Positions 17,991 to 26,158 of a DNA stretch of 64,000 nt are shown here, piece after piece. Source of the DNA: Gammaproteobacteria bacterium (GTDB lineage: Bacteria > Pseudomonadota > Gammaproteobacteria > Steroidobacterales > Rariloculaceae). Where the stretch lies: assembly GCA_038125265.1 (NCBI GenBank), contig JAYPDM010000001.1:2830-66829 (forward strand). Direction: 5' to 3'. Positions within the stretch are counted from its first letter, which is position 1; each line of letters begins with the position of its first letter. The notes beneath the pieces were generated by a model that saw only the letters and a list, made by a program, of their open reading frames with translations, ran no database searches and was not told the origin of the DNA. A program made the position numbers and the translations under genes.

Positions 17991-19280
17991 ATGCATATAG
18001 AAAAATCTAAAAAATTATATGAGCAAGCGTGTAAAGTTATTCCTGCAGGTGTAAGCTCACCGGTAAGGGCCTTCAAGGCAGTGGGTGGTAATCCAATCTA
18101 CATGAAGTCTGGTCAGGGGCCCTTTATTCATGACGTAGATGGTAATCAATACCTTGACTTTGTTATGTCATGGGGCCCACTTATACACGGTCACGCCAAT
18201 CAAAAAATTATTCAAAAAATAATTGAAGCTGCTCATAATGGGACTTCTTTTGGCACGCCTTGTGAGGATGAATTAAACCTCGCAAGGTTTATTGTTGATT
18301 CTTATAAATCCATAGATCAAGTGCGTTTTGTCTCATCAGGGACAGAAGCAGTCATGAGCGCAATAAGACTGGCTAGAGGCTTCACAGGTCGAGATCTTAT
18401 TATCAAGTTTGATGGTTGTTATCATGGACATGTCGATCCCTTGTTGGTTTCTGCCGGTTCTGGCTTAGTTACTCTGGGAAATCCTTCATCTCTGGGAATT
18501 CCACACGAAGTTTCTAAGCAAACCATCTCTCTTCCGCTAAATGATATTGAACAAGTTAAGAGAGCATTTATTGAGTTTAAAGATCAAATTGCAGCTGTAA
18601 TCATTGAGCCAATTCCTGCTAATAACGGCTTATTGCTTCAAACAAAAGAATTTATCTTAGGGCTTAGGGAATTATGTGATGAAAATCATGCATTGTTAAT
18701 ATTTGATGAAGTTATCAGCGGCTTTAGGGTCGCTCAGGGAGGTGCCCCAGAAATATTAGACATCAATCCTGACCTTGTAACATTTGGCAAAGTAATTGGA
18801 GGAGGTCTCCCCGCCGGCGCATTTGGTGCTACTAGAGAGATAATGAATCACATTGCACCAATTGGAGGTGTTTACCAAGCAGGCACTTTATCAGGAAATC
18901 CATTAGCAATGGCTGCTGGCTTTGCAAGCCTACAACTCCTTCATGATGAAAATAGTTGGGTATATCTTGAAAGCCTAGGTTCTTATCTCGAGGAAAAAGT
19001 TAAAGTCATGGACTTTAATGAAAAATTTAATGTTAGTTTTGTCCGACAAGGTTCCATTTTTTGGTTTGCACTTGATACAAATATAGCACCTAGAAGATCA
19101 GAGGATATTAATGCTCAATCAGAGGAAAAATACGCTTCGATATTTAATGGCTTACTAAAAAATAATATTTATATCGCTCCTAGTATGTATGAGGTTGGAT
19201 TTCTATCCACATCACATAATAGAGAACATATAGATCACTTTATTCAATCTTTATATCACTTAATGGAATGTATAAATTAA
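17991..19280 (+). CDS. hemL: Glutamate-1-semialdehyde 2,1-aminomutase
   Basis: 429 aa. IPAGVSSPVRAF, SGTEAVMSAIRLARG, DEVISGFR and the PLP-lysine motif TFGKVIGGGLP. Confidence 0.93.
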   Translation: MHIEKSKKLYEQACKVIPAGVSSPVRAFKAVGGNPIYMKSGQGPFIHDVDGNQYLDFVMSWGPLIHGHANQKIIQKIIEAAHNGTSFGTPCEDELNLARFIVDSYKSIDQVRFVSSGTEAVMSAIRLARGFTGRDLIIKFDGCYHGHVDPLLVSAGSGLVTLGNPSSLGIPHEVSKQTISLPLNDIEQVKRAFIEFKDQIAAVIIEPIPANNGLLLQTKEFILGLRELCDENHALLIFDEVISGFRVAQGGAPEILDINPDLVTFGKVIGGGLPAGAFGATREIMNHIAPIGGVYQAGTLSGNPLAMAAGFASLQLLHDENSWVYLESLGSYLEEKVKVMDFNEKFNVSFVRQGSIFWFALDTNIAPRRSEDINAQSEEKYASIFNGLLKNNIYIAPSMYEVGFLSTSHNREHIDHFIQSLYHLMECIN

Positions 19281-20341
19281 ACCAAAGAAATACCCTTAGA
19301 CTGGAAATTACTTTTGTAGTTCTTCTGGTACTTACTTTTGGTCAAGTAATTTGGTGGATTTATGACCAAATACGGTACACAGAAAACGTCAATAGTAGCT
19401 TATTAAGTCAATATGAAATTGAAGCTGAACTTCTAGAGAGTCAAAATGCCTCGGAACCTTTAAGTATTCTAGACTTCCCATACCTCACCGAGGTAAATGG
19501 AGAGATTATGATTAGTGCAGATGCACTTGCTAATATCGAGGCCGAGAGAAGCTCAAGAATAAACCGTTATTTTTGGGAAGGAAGTTTCTTTATTATGGTT
19601 ATATCACTATGTATTTTAATCATATTTAAAACTATCAGTAAGGATCGGGCTTTGAATCGAAGGCAACAAAACTTTATTGCCTCTATCAGTCATGAATTAA
19701 AAACCCCCCTCACCAGCATGCGTCTTGCCGCCGAGACGATTGGAATAAATAACCATGATGAGAGATCAATCAGAATGGTAAATCGTATCCTCTCCGAGGG
19801 TGATAGATTGCTTCATTTGATCGAGAATCTACTTGATGCGAATAAGCTTGATGAAAAGAAATTCCAAGTTCAAGTCTCTCAATTTGCTATAAATAGCCTT
19901 ATTGAAAAAGTTTTAAATGGTCTTTCGCTTAGAGCTGAAGAAAGTGGAATTGAAATTCAAACAGCGATTAATGCTGATAAGGCAATTAATAATGACCCCT
20001 TAATCGTCTCCATTATCTTGAGAAACATTATTGAAAATGGTGTAAAAGCTTGCGAACAGAGCAATCAAAAGCTTATCAGGGTAGTCGCGAATAGAATTGA
20101 TGATGGAATTGAAGTAGAAGTCATAGATTCTGGCATTGGTATCCAAAAGGAAGAACAGGAAAATATCTTTGATAAGTTTTACCGAGTGGGAGATGAAAAA
20201 TTACGTACAACTTCAGGTAGCGGACTTGGTCTCTATATATGCCGAAAATTAGCAAAACTAACAAATATCTCCATAGAAGTTAGCAGTAAGGGTATTAATC
20301 AAGGATCAACCTTTAAAGTTTTAATAAGGGATATTTTCTAA
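19268..20341 (+). CDS. Sensor histidine kinase (2 TM, ~65-aa extracytoplasmic loop, no HAMP/PAS)
   Basis: 357 aa. H-box FIASISHELKTPLTSM, N-box NIIENGVKA, G1 DSGIGI, G2 GSGLGLYI. Two TM helices at about residues 12-32 and 100-120. Overlaps hemL by 13 nt. Confidence 0.9.
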   Translation: MYKLNQRNTLRLEITFVVLLVLTFGQVIWWIYDQIRYTENVNSSLLSQYEIEAELLESQNASEPLSILDFPYLTEVNGEIMISADALANIEAERSSRINRYFWEGSFFIMVISLCILIIFKTISKDRALNRRQQNFIASISHELKTPLTSMRLAAETIGINNHDERSIRMVNRILSEGDRLLHLIENLLDANKLDEKKFQVQVSQFAINSLIEKVLNGLSLRAEESGIEIQTAINADKAINNDPLIVSIILRNIIENGVKACEQSNQKLIRVVANRIDDGIEVEVIDSGIGIQKEEQENIFDKFYRVGDEKLRTTSGSGLGLYICRKLAKLTNISIEVSSKGINQGSTFKVLIRDIF

Positions 20342-21054
20342 TGTCTAATATCTTGGTAGTAGATGATGAAAAAGTCTTGGGTGAAAGCATTAAAGATGCT
20401 TTAGCCTCTGAGGGATATCAGGTCAAAATCGCATCGAATGGGCAAATTGGTTTTGACCTGATCTCTACCGAGCCTTTTGATCTGATCATATTAGATGTCA
20501 TGATGCCAGAAATAAATGGGATTGATCTTTGCAAGAAAGTCAGAGAAATGAATGTACTTACTCCAATTTTATTTTTGACGGTCAATAATGACCCTGAAGA
20601 TAGAATACTGGGGCTTGAGGCTGGGGGTGACGATTACCTCGGCAAGCCATTTCACTTAAAAGAATTATTACTTAGGACTAGAAAACTACTTCAAAGAACC
20701 CAGTGGTATGCGAGAACTAACGATAGTTTTGCATTTGCAGACATTTATATTGATTTTTCAAGTTACCAAATTGAATCTTGGGATAAGAGACTATATAACC
20801 TGACTCAGAAGGAAGCCATGATACTAAAACTTCTTATTGAGAATGAGGGAGCAACGGTATCTCGCGAAGATATCCTGGAGAAAATTTGGGGTTATGAATC
20901 TTATCCCTCTACTCGAACAATAGATAACTTTATCGTTCGCTTAAGAAAAAGAATCGAACGTAATCCAGAACAACCGACTCATCTGCATACTATAAGAGGC
21001 GTTGGTTATAAATTTACTAAAAATCCATTAGAGAATAATGATCCTGCACTATGA
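20341..21054 (+). CDS. OmpR/PhoB-family response regulator
   Basis: 237 aa. Receiver domain (ILVVDDE, LIILDVMMP, GGDDYLGKPF) plus winged-helix output (TRTIDNFIVRLRKRIE ... IRGVGYKF). TAATG overlap with the kinase and ATGA overlap with hemE. Confidence 0.92.
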   Translation: MSNILVVDDEKVLGESIKDALASEGYQVKIASNGQIGFDLISTEPFDLIILDVMMPEINGIDLCKKVREMNVLTPILFLTVNNDPEDRILGLEAGGDDYLGKPFHLKELLLRTRKLLQRTQWYARTNDSFAFADIYIDFSSYQIESWDKRLYNLTQKEAMILKLLIENEGATVSREDILEKIWGYESYPSTRTIDNFIVRLRKRIERNPEQPTHLHTIRGVGYKFTKNPLENNDPAL

Positions 21055-22064
21055 ATGATAAAAGACTTTTAAACGCCCTTAACCTTAAAGAAAATGACCA
21101 TAGACCTATTTGGATTATGCGACAAGCGGGTAGATACCTACCCGAATACAGGAAGGTCAGGGAAAAGTATAGCTTTAGAGAGGTCTCAGAAACACCCGAA
21201 CTCGCTGCGGAGGTGACACTTCAGCCACTCAAAAGATTTGAATTCGATGCTTCTATCATATTTGCAGATATCATTACTCCACTTAAGGCTATGAATATAA
21301 ATTTTGATTTTAATCCTGGCCCTATTATTGAAAACCCAATCAACAATCCAAAGCAGATTGATGCCCTGCCTGATAAGTTTTATGAGGTTGCCCCAGAGGT
21401 TCAGGCATCCTTAAAATTAGTTAAATCTGAATTAAAGTCTCAGCAAACACTTATTGGTTTTGGTGGAGCACCCTGGACCTTAGCTGCCTACCTTATCCAA
21501 GGAAAAGGACAAAAAGACTTCCCCGCAATAAGGCGCTTTGCGTCTGAACACCCTGAGTCTCTTCAGAGCCTTTTAACTAAACTCAGCGATCTTAGTATCC
21601 AGTACTTTAAAGAACAATTTGAATCAGGAGCAGAAGTTATTCAAATTTTTGACTCTTGGGCTGGTTTGCTTTCTATCAAGGATTGGCAAACATGGATACA
21701 ACCCCATTTACTTCATATTGTTAGCACTCTTAATGCATCTAACATCCCAGTAATTCTATTTCTACAAAATGCAAATCATTTGGTTGAGTATTACTGCGAA
21801 CTTCCAATCAGTGGAATCGGTGTGGATTGGAGAGTTGATTTATCAAAACTGCAATCAAATGTAAAAGATCATATAGCTGTTCAGGGCAACTTAGACCCAG
21901 CTATTCTGCTTGCAGGACCAGAAGTTACGAAAAAGTATGCTATAAATTTACTTAACAATATCGATCCTAAGGGTCATATCATGAATTTAGGTCATGGTAT
22001 TTTACCTAACACCCCCATCGAGAGTGTTCATGCACTAATTGAAGTAATAAAAAATGAGAGATAA
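21051..22064 (+). CDS. hemE: Uroporphyrinogen decarboxylase
   Basis: 337 aa. Signature PIWIMRQAGRYLPEYR. Also FDASIIFADI and the C-terminal NLGHGI. Confidence 0.93.
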   Translation: MNDKRLLNALNLKENDHRPIWIMRQAGRYLPEYRKVREKYSFREVSETPELAAEVTLQPLKRFEFDASIIFADIITPLKAMNINFDFNPGPIIENPINNPKQIDALPDKFYEVAPEVQASLKLVKSELKSQQTLIGFGGAPWTLAAYLIQGKGQKDFPAIRRFASEHPESLQSLLTKLSDLSIQYFKEQFESGAEVIQIFDSWAGLLSIKDWQTWIQPHLLHIVSTLNASNIPVILFLQNANHLVEYYCELPISGIGVDWRVDLSKLQSNVKDHIAVQGNLDPAILLAGPEVTKKYAINLLNNIDPKGHIMNLGHGILPNTPIESVHALIEVIKNER

Positions 22065-22067
22065 ATC

Positions 22068-22781
22068 ATGAAAATTTCAGAAACTACAGGACAAGTTGAT
22101 CTTAGTGAAAAAGGCCTCAATCAAGGTCAGGTGATCTCTCTTGACCGAAGATTATTTATGAAATTTAATGCCTTCTCAGGTCAAATTGACGAAAAAGAAA
22201 TTATAAAAAAATGCAGTGAAATTAATGGCGCTATTTATAGAGACATTAATGATCCAAATGGTATCGGTATTCTCATTCTTAGCGAAGATCCTGCCGAATT
22301 TATCAAGATCAATCAAGAGGTCTTATCTTTACCACCATTCTCTGATCTTGAGCATAAGCATGAATTTGATATGCTTGGTAGGACTTACTCGATCGGATAT
22401 GAAAATGATCTCGAGGAAGTTCTTATAAATAAACCCAAAAATAAAATAAAGGATCCAAATTTTAAATGGTGTGTATGGTACCCACTAAGGCGTGAAAAAA
22501 AGTTTTATGTACTTCCAGCTGACAAGCAAAAAAAGATCCTTGGTGAGCATGGAAATCTTGCTAAGCGCTATGGCTATGCTGGCCTTGCCGTGGATATCCG
22601 TCTAGCCTGTCATGGTCTTGATAAGCAAGATAATGATTTTGTAATTGGGCTACTCGGGCCTGATCTCCATCCTTTATCTGCAGTCGTTCAAGAGATGCGA
22701 CAAACGGAGCAAACAGCTCACTACCTAGAAAGTCTTGGTCCCTTTTTTATTGGCTTAAAAATTTGGGAGAATATCTCATAA
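22068..22781 (+). CDS. Chlorite dismutase-family heme protein, HemQ/ChdC-like (candidate coproheme decarboxylase)
   Basis: 237 aa. The C-terminal half (WYPLRREKKFYVLPADKQKKILGEHGNLAKRY ... HGLDKQDNDFVIGLLGPD ... FFIG) parallels Bacillus/Listeria HemQ (FYPMDKRR...W-Y-x-L ... MRAHG ... GLDD-x-x-WGVTLF ... FFVG), including the proximal His. It lies between hemE and hemH. Confidence 0.7.
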   Translation: MKISETTGQVDLSEKGLNQGQVISLDRRLFMKFNAFSGQIDEKEIIKKCSEINGAIYRDINDPNGIGILILSEDPAEFIKINQEVLSLPPFSDLEHKHEFDMLGRTYSIGYENDLEEVLINKPKNKIKDPNFKWCVWYPLRREKKFYVLPADKQKKILGEHGNLAKRYGYAGLAVDIRLACHGLDKQDNDFVIGLLGPDLHPLSAVVQEMRQTEQTAHYLESLGPFFIGLKIWENIS

Positions 22782-23815
22782 TGAATGAATATGATTCACT
22801 CTTGATTCTCTCTTTTGGTGGGCCAGAGGGTAAAGAGGATGTCTTGCCATTCCTAAGAAATGTACTTAAAGGCATTCCGGTAAAAGAGGAAACCTTTGAA
22901 GAAATTCAAGAGCGTTACGATCTATTTGATGGAGTGTCACCTATCAATGCCAATACAAGACTATTCATCGATGCCTTATCAAAAGCCCTTAAATTAAAAA
23001 GAATCATGCTTCCCATTTACTGGGGCAATCGAAATTGGCATCCGATGCTTAGCGATACGATGCAACAAATGAAGCAGGATGGAAGAAAAAAAACACTTGT
23101 ATTCGTTACAAGTATTTTTAGTTCCTATAGCGGATGCAGGAAATACCGCGAGGATCTCTATGAATCAAGCGCAACCATTGAGCATTCGATAGAGTTCGAT
23201 AAAATCAGGAATGGCTATAATCATCCTGGCTTTATTAAGGGAATTGCAAGTTGCATCAATGAGGTGATCAAAAGTAATAATCTGAGCAAAGATACCCAAG
23301 TATTTTTCACTGCACATAGTTTGCCAATCTCAATGGCAGAAAAAACAGAGTACCAAAATCAGCTCCTTGATAGCTGTCAATTGGTCGCAAATGAGATTGA
23401 ATTAAAAAACTGGAAGCTGTGCTATCAGAGCAACAATGCATCTTATGGAAATAAATGGTTAGAGCCAACGATTGAAGATGAAATAGTAGCTATGGGCCAA
23501 GTCCCTGAAAAAGAATGCATTGTGATGCCTATCGGATTTGTCTGTGATCATATGGAAGTTGTACTTGATCTTGATATTGATGCAAAAAATATCGCTTTGG
23601 AGAACGATGTAAACCTCTACAGAGCACCAACACTTGGTATTAACGAAAGCTTCATAGATATGGTGGTAGATCTTATCGACGAAAGAATACAAAAAAGAGA
23701 AGAAAAAAAGTTTCTTGGAGAAAGAGGCCCCAATCATAATCAATGCCCAATAGACTGCTGCCTCTCAGGCAGGCCTGGAAATCCAAAGCCTTCACTATGT
23801 GGTGAAGTTAGCTAA
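22781..23815 (+). CDS. hemH: Ferrochelatase with Cys-rich C-terminal extension
   Basis: The ORF track gives 22763. I prefer the ATG at 22781 (TAATG overlap with the previous stop), giving MNEYDSLLILSFGGPEG. Motifs FTAHSLP and VCDHMEVVLDLD. The C-terminal tail is QCPIDCCLSGRPGNPKPSLCGE. Confidence 0.9.
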   Translation: MNEYDSLLILSFGGPEGKEDVLPFLRNVLKGIPVKEETFEEIQERYDLFDGVSPINANTRLFIDALSKALKLKRIMLPIYWGNRNWHPMLSDTMQQMKQDGRKKTLVFVTSIFSSYSGCRKYREDLYESSATIEHSIEFDKIRNGYNHPGFIKGIASCINEVIKSNNLSKDTQVFFTAHSLPISMAEKTEYQNQLLDSCQLVANEIELKNWKLCYQSNNASYGNKWLEPTIEDEIVAMGQVPEKECIVMPIGFVCDHMEVVLDLDIDAKNIALENDVNLYRAPTLGINESFIDMVVDLIDERIQKREEKKFLGERGPNHNQCPIDCCLSGRPGNPKPSLCGEVS

Positions 23816-23819
23816 AAAA

Positions 23820-25172
23820 ATGCCTGAAGTATTTGATGCGATTATCATTGGTGCAGGTTTAAGCGGTCTCACTACAACTAAATATCTAAAAGATGCCAAT
23901 ATAAATACGCTAACACTTGAGGCATCTGACATCCCAGGCGGTCGACTAAGATCTATTGAAAATAAAGATAATTCTTTTGAATTTGGAGGTACTTATATCG
24001 GACATCATTATCATCGCTTTCAAAATTTAGCCAAAGAGCTCAATTTAACTACTATCGATGTGACTCCATTGATTAGCTTTTTTAAAAAACAAGATCTGGT
24101 CATAAATAAAAAATTAATTCATCAAGATGACTGGGAGAATCATAAGGAAAATACCTTGGATAAAGATCTAAAATCTATCTTACCCTGGAATCTGCATCGC
24201 ATCATTTTAGAAAAATATAACCCTTTTGATTCACCTGAAGCATGCCTTACTGCAGGAACCAAAGATCAATCTATGAAAGATTGGCTTCAAAGTCTGGGCT
24301 TTGATGACCAACAAATAAAATATATCTATGGAATGAATTTAAGCTATGGGACTGATGCTGATTCAATTTCCTCGCTGCAATTAATGCATCGAGCAAGTTT
24401 TTCTAAAAGACAAAGATCAGAATCTAAAGTTATTGGATTCACCTTGCTTGAAGGCATGAATGAACTAGCTAATCGGTATATCGATCATTTTAATTTAAAC
24501 ATATTATTCAAAAATCGAGTCAATAAGATCGTTAAAGAAAAAAGTCTTTTTTCAGTATCCTGTGAAAATGGAAATGAGTTTAGGGCGGAAAGAATTGTCC
24601 TCACTTGTGCCCCATCTACACTTAAAAATATAACATTTGATGATCATTCAAAAGAACAAAGGATTCAGTTTGCTGCAGAATTGCAATCCCAGCCCATGTT
24701 CCAAATTCATTTTAAGCATAAAAAGAATTTCTGGGAGCAAGATGGATATTCTCCGGCTATATTCTCTAATGAATATCTTGGGATGTGCTATCCAGTTAGG
24801 AATAAAGTTGATCCTGAGGAGATCATTGGTTTTACTGCTTGGGTTATGGGACAGAAGGCATTAGATCTTATCAAGCTTTCTGAAATGGATGCTTGCTCAG
24901 TTATTATAAATAATCTCCAGGAGATAAGACCGAGCATGAGAAATGCTATTGAATTAACTCATCTCAATGCCTGGTCGCATGAAAAAGATTTTTTAGGAGG
25001 GTGGACGTATTTCAAGCCAAACCAGTTCTTAAAATGGCATAAGCTTTTACAGTCAGAGAAAAGTAATATTTTCTTTTCTGGAGAGCATGCTTCTATTAGC
25101 TCGAGGGGAATAGAAGGCGCTATTGAGTCTGGAGAAAAGACTGCGAAAGAACTTTTAAATTCTATTCATTAA
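23820..25172 (+). CDS. Flavin amine-oxidase-superfamily oxidoreductase in the HemY/CgoX slot (function uncertain)
   Basis: The ORF track gives 23799. The ATG at 23820 gives MPEVFDAIIIGAGLSGL (GxGxxG), then EASDIPGGRLRS. C-terminal W-x-x-x-K-D-F-x-GGW-x-Y ... IFFSGEHASISSRGIEGAIESGEKTA looks more like monoamine/polyamine oxidases than like Bacillus HemY. Only its position after hemH suggests a porphyrinogen oxidase role. Confidence 0.6.
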   Translation: MPEVFDAIIIGAGLSGLTTTKYLKDANINTLTLEASDIPGGRLRSIENKDNSFEFGGTYIGHHYHRFQNLAKELNLTTIDVTPLISFFKKQDLVINKKLIHQDDWENHKENTLDKDLKSILPWNLHRIILEKYNPFDSPEACLTAGTKDQSMKDWLQSLGFDDQQIKYIYGMNLSYGTDADSISSLQLMHRASFSKRQRSESKVIGFTLLEGMNELANRYIDHFNLNILFKNRVNKIVKEKSLFSVSCENGNEFRAERIVLTCAPSTLKNITFDDHSKEQRIQFAAELQSQPMFQIHFKHKKNFWEQDGYSPAIFSNEYLGMCYPVRNKVDPEEIIGFTAWVMGQKALDLIKLSEMDACSVIINNLQEIRPSMRNAIELTHLNAWSHEKDFLGGWTYFKPNQFLKWHKLLQSEKSNIFFSGEHASISSRGIEGAIESGEKTAKELLNSIH

Positions 25173-26154
25173 AAAGATATTTCTCCGGTACCGGGATATC
25201 TTTAATCTTATTTAAATACTCGTCTCGATAGTCTAAATCGAATATTTTAGCAATATCATCCTTTTTTAAGTGCGATGATAATAAACTGATGAAATCTATA
25301 AGGTATGTTCTTGTAATCATTGACTGAGGAATACCAATCCATGTAGTGAGCTCTGGAAATAGTTTTCTAATATCTAACACATAAAGATCATTCAAATCAT
25401 TTGGCTCTATGGCCATTGAGGCAACAACACCAACGCCCATGCCCTTTCTAACATAAGTCTTTATTATGTCGGCATCTCTGGCAGTAAAGGCTATCCTTGG
25501 GGTTAACCCCTGGCTCTCAAAAGCTTGCAAAAAGGATGATTGTCCCTGAACGCTAAAAATATAAGTTACTAATGAATGCTTAGATAAAATTTCTAGGTTT
25601 ATGTTTCTTTTGTCCTTGGCTAGGGGGTGGCTTTTGGGGACAATAGCTACTCGACTCCACCTATAGATAGGAATTTGAAGGAGTTCATTGTTAAATGTAT
25701 TAAGTCCACTCGCAATAACACAATTGACTCTTTTTTCCCTGACTAACTCATCAATTTGCTCAGAGGTTCCCTGGTGAAGCTCTAGATCAATTAATGGGAA
25801 TTTATCTGCAAACTGCCTAATTATATCAGGGAGCACATATCTTGCCTGAGTGTGAGTTGTTCCAATTGATAAAACTCCCCTCTGTTCGCCTTTTGACTCT
25901 ATAGCAAAATTTTCAATTTCATCAATATCATTTAAGACCCTCTTTGCTCGCTCATATACTTCTTGCCCAGCATCAGTCAAGGAGGTCAAGCTTTTACCCT
26001 TTTTTAGAAATAACTTTATTCCAAGCTCTGATTCTAATAGTTTCAATTGCTTACTTATTCCTGGCTGACTCGTGAATAGTAATTCTGACGCTGCTGTTAT
26101 GTTTAGCCCACAGTCAACCGTTTGAATAAAGTATCGAAGTTGCTTTAAAGTCAT
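25162..26154 (-). CDS. cysB: LysR-family transcriptional regulator, CysB orthologue
   Basis: 330 aa. Near-collinear with E. coli CysB as I recall it: LRYxxxxV...LNxxxxxExLxTSQPGISKQ, TTHTQARYVLP, GLTPRIAFTARDADIIKTYVRKGMGVGVVASMA and the C-terminal IPVPEK. Confidence 0.85.
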   Translation of the reverse strand: MTLKQLRYFIQTVDCGLNITAASELLFTSQPGISKQLKLLESELGIKLFLKKGKSLTSLTDAGQEVYERAKRVLNDIDEIENFAIESKGEQRGVLSIGTTHTQARYVLPDIIRQFADKFPLIDLELHQGTSEQIDELVREKRVNCVIASGLNTFNNELLQIPIYRWSRVAIVPKSHPLAKDKRNINLEILSKHSLVTYIFSVQGQSSFLQAFESQGLTPRIAFTARDADIIKTYVRKGMGVGVVASMAIEPNDLNDLYVLDIRKLFPELTTWIGIPQSMITRTYLIDFISLLSSHLKKDDIAKIFDLDYRDEYLNKIKDIPVPEKYLFNE

Positions 26155-26158
26155 AAAA

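Noticed and set aside
22068-22781. Respiratory chlorite dismutase as part of a (per)chlorate reduction system
   Set aside because: No pcrABCD/clrABC-type molybdoenzyme genes are present and no signal peptide is seen. The gene sits between hemE and hemH, so a HemQ-like role is far more parsimonious. The residue-level ambiguity is recorded as a finding.
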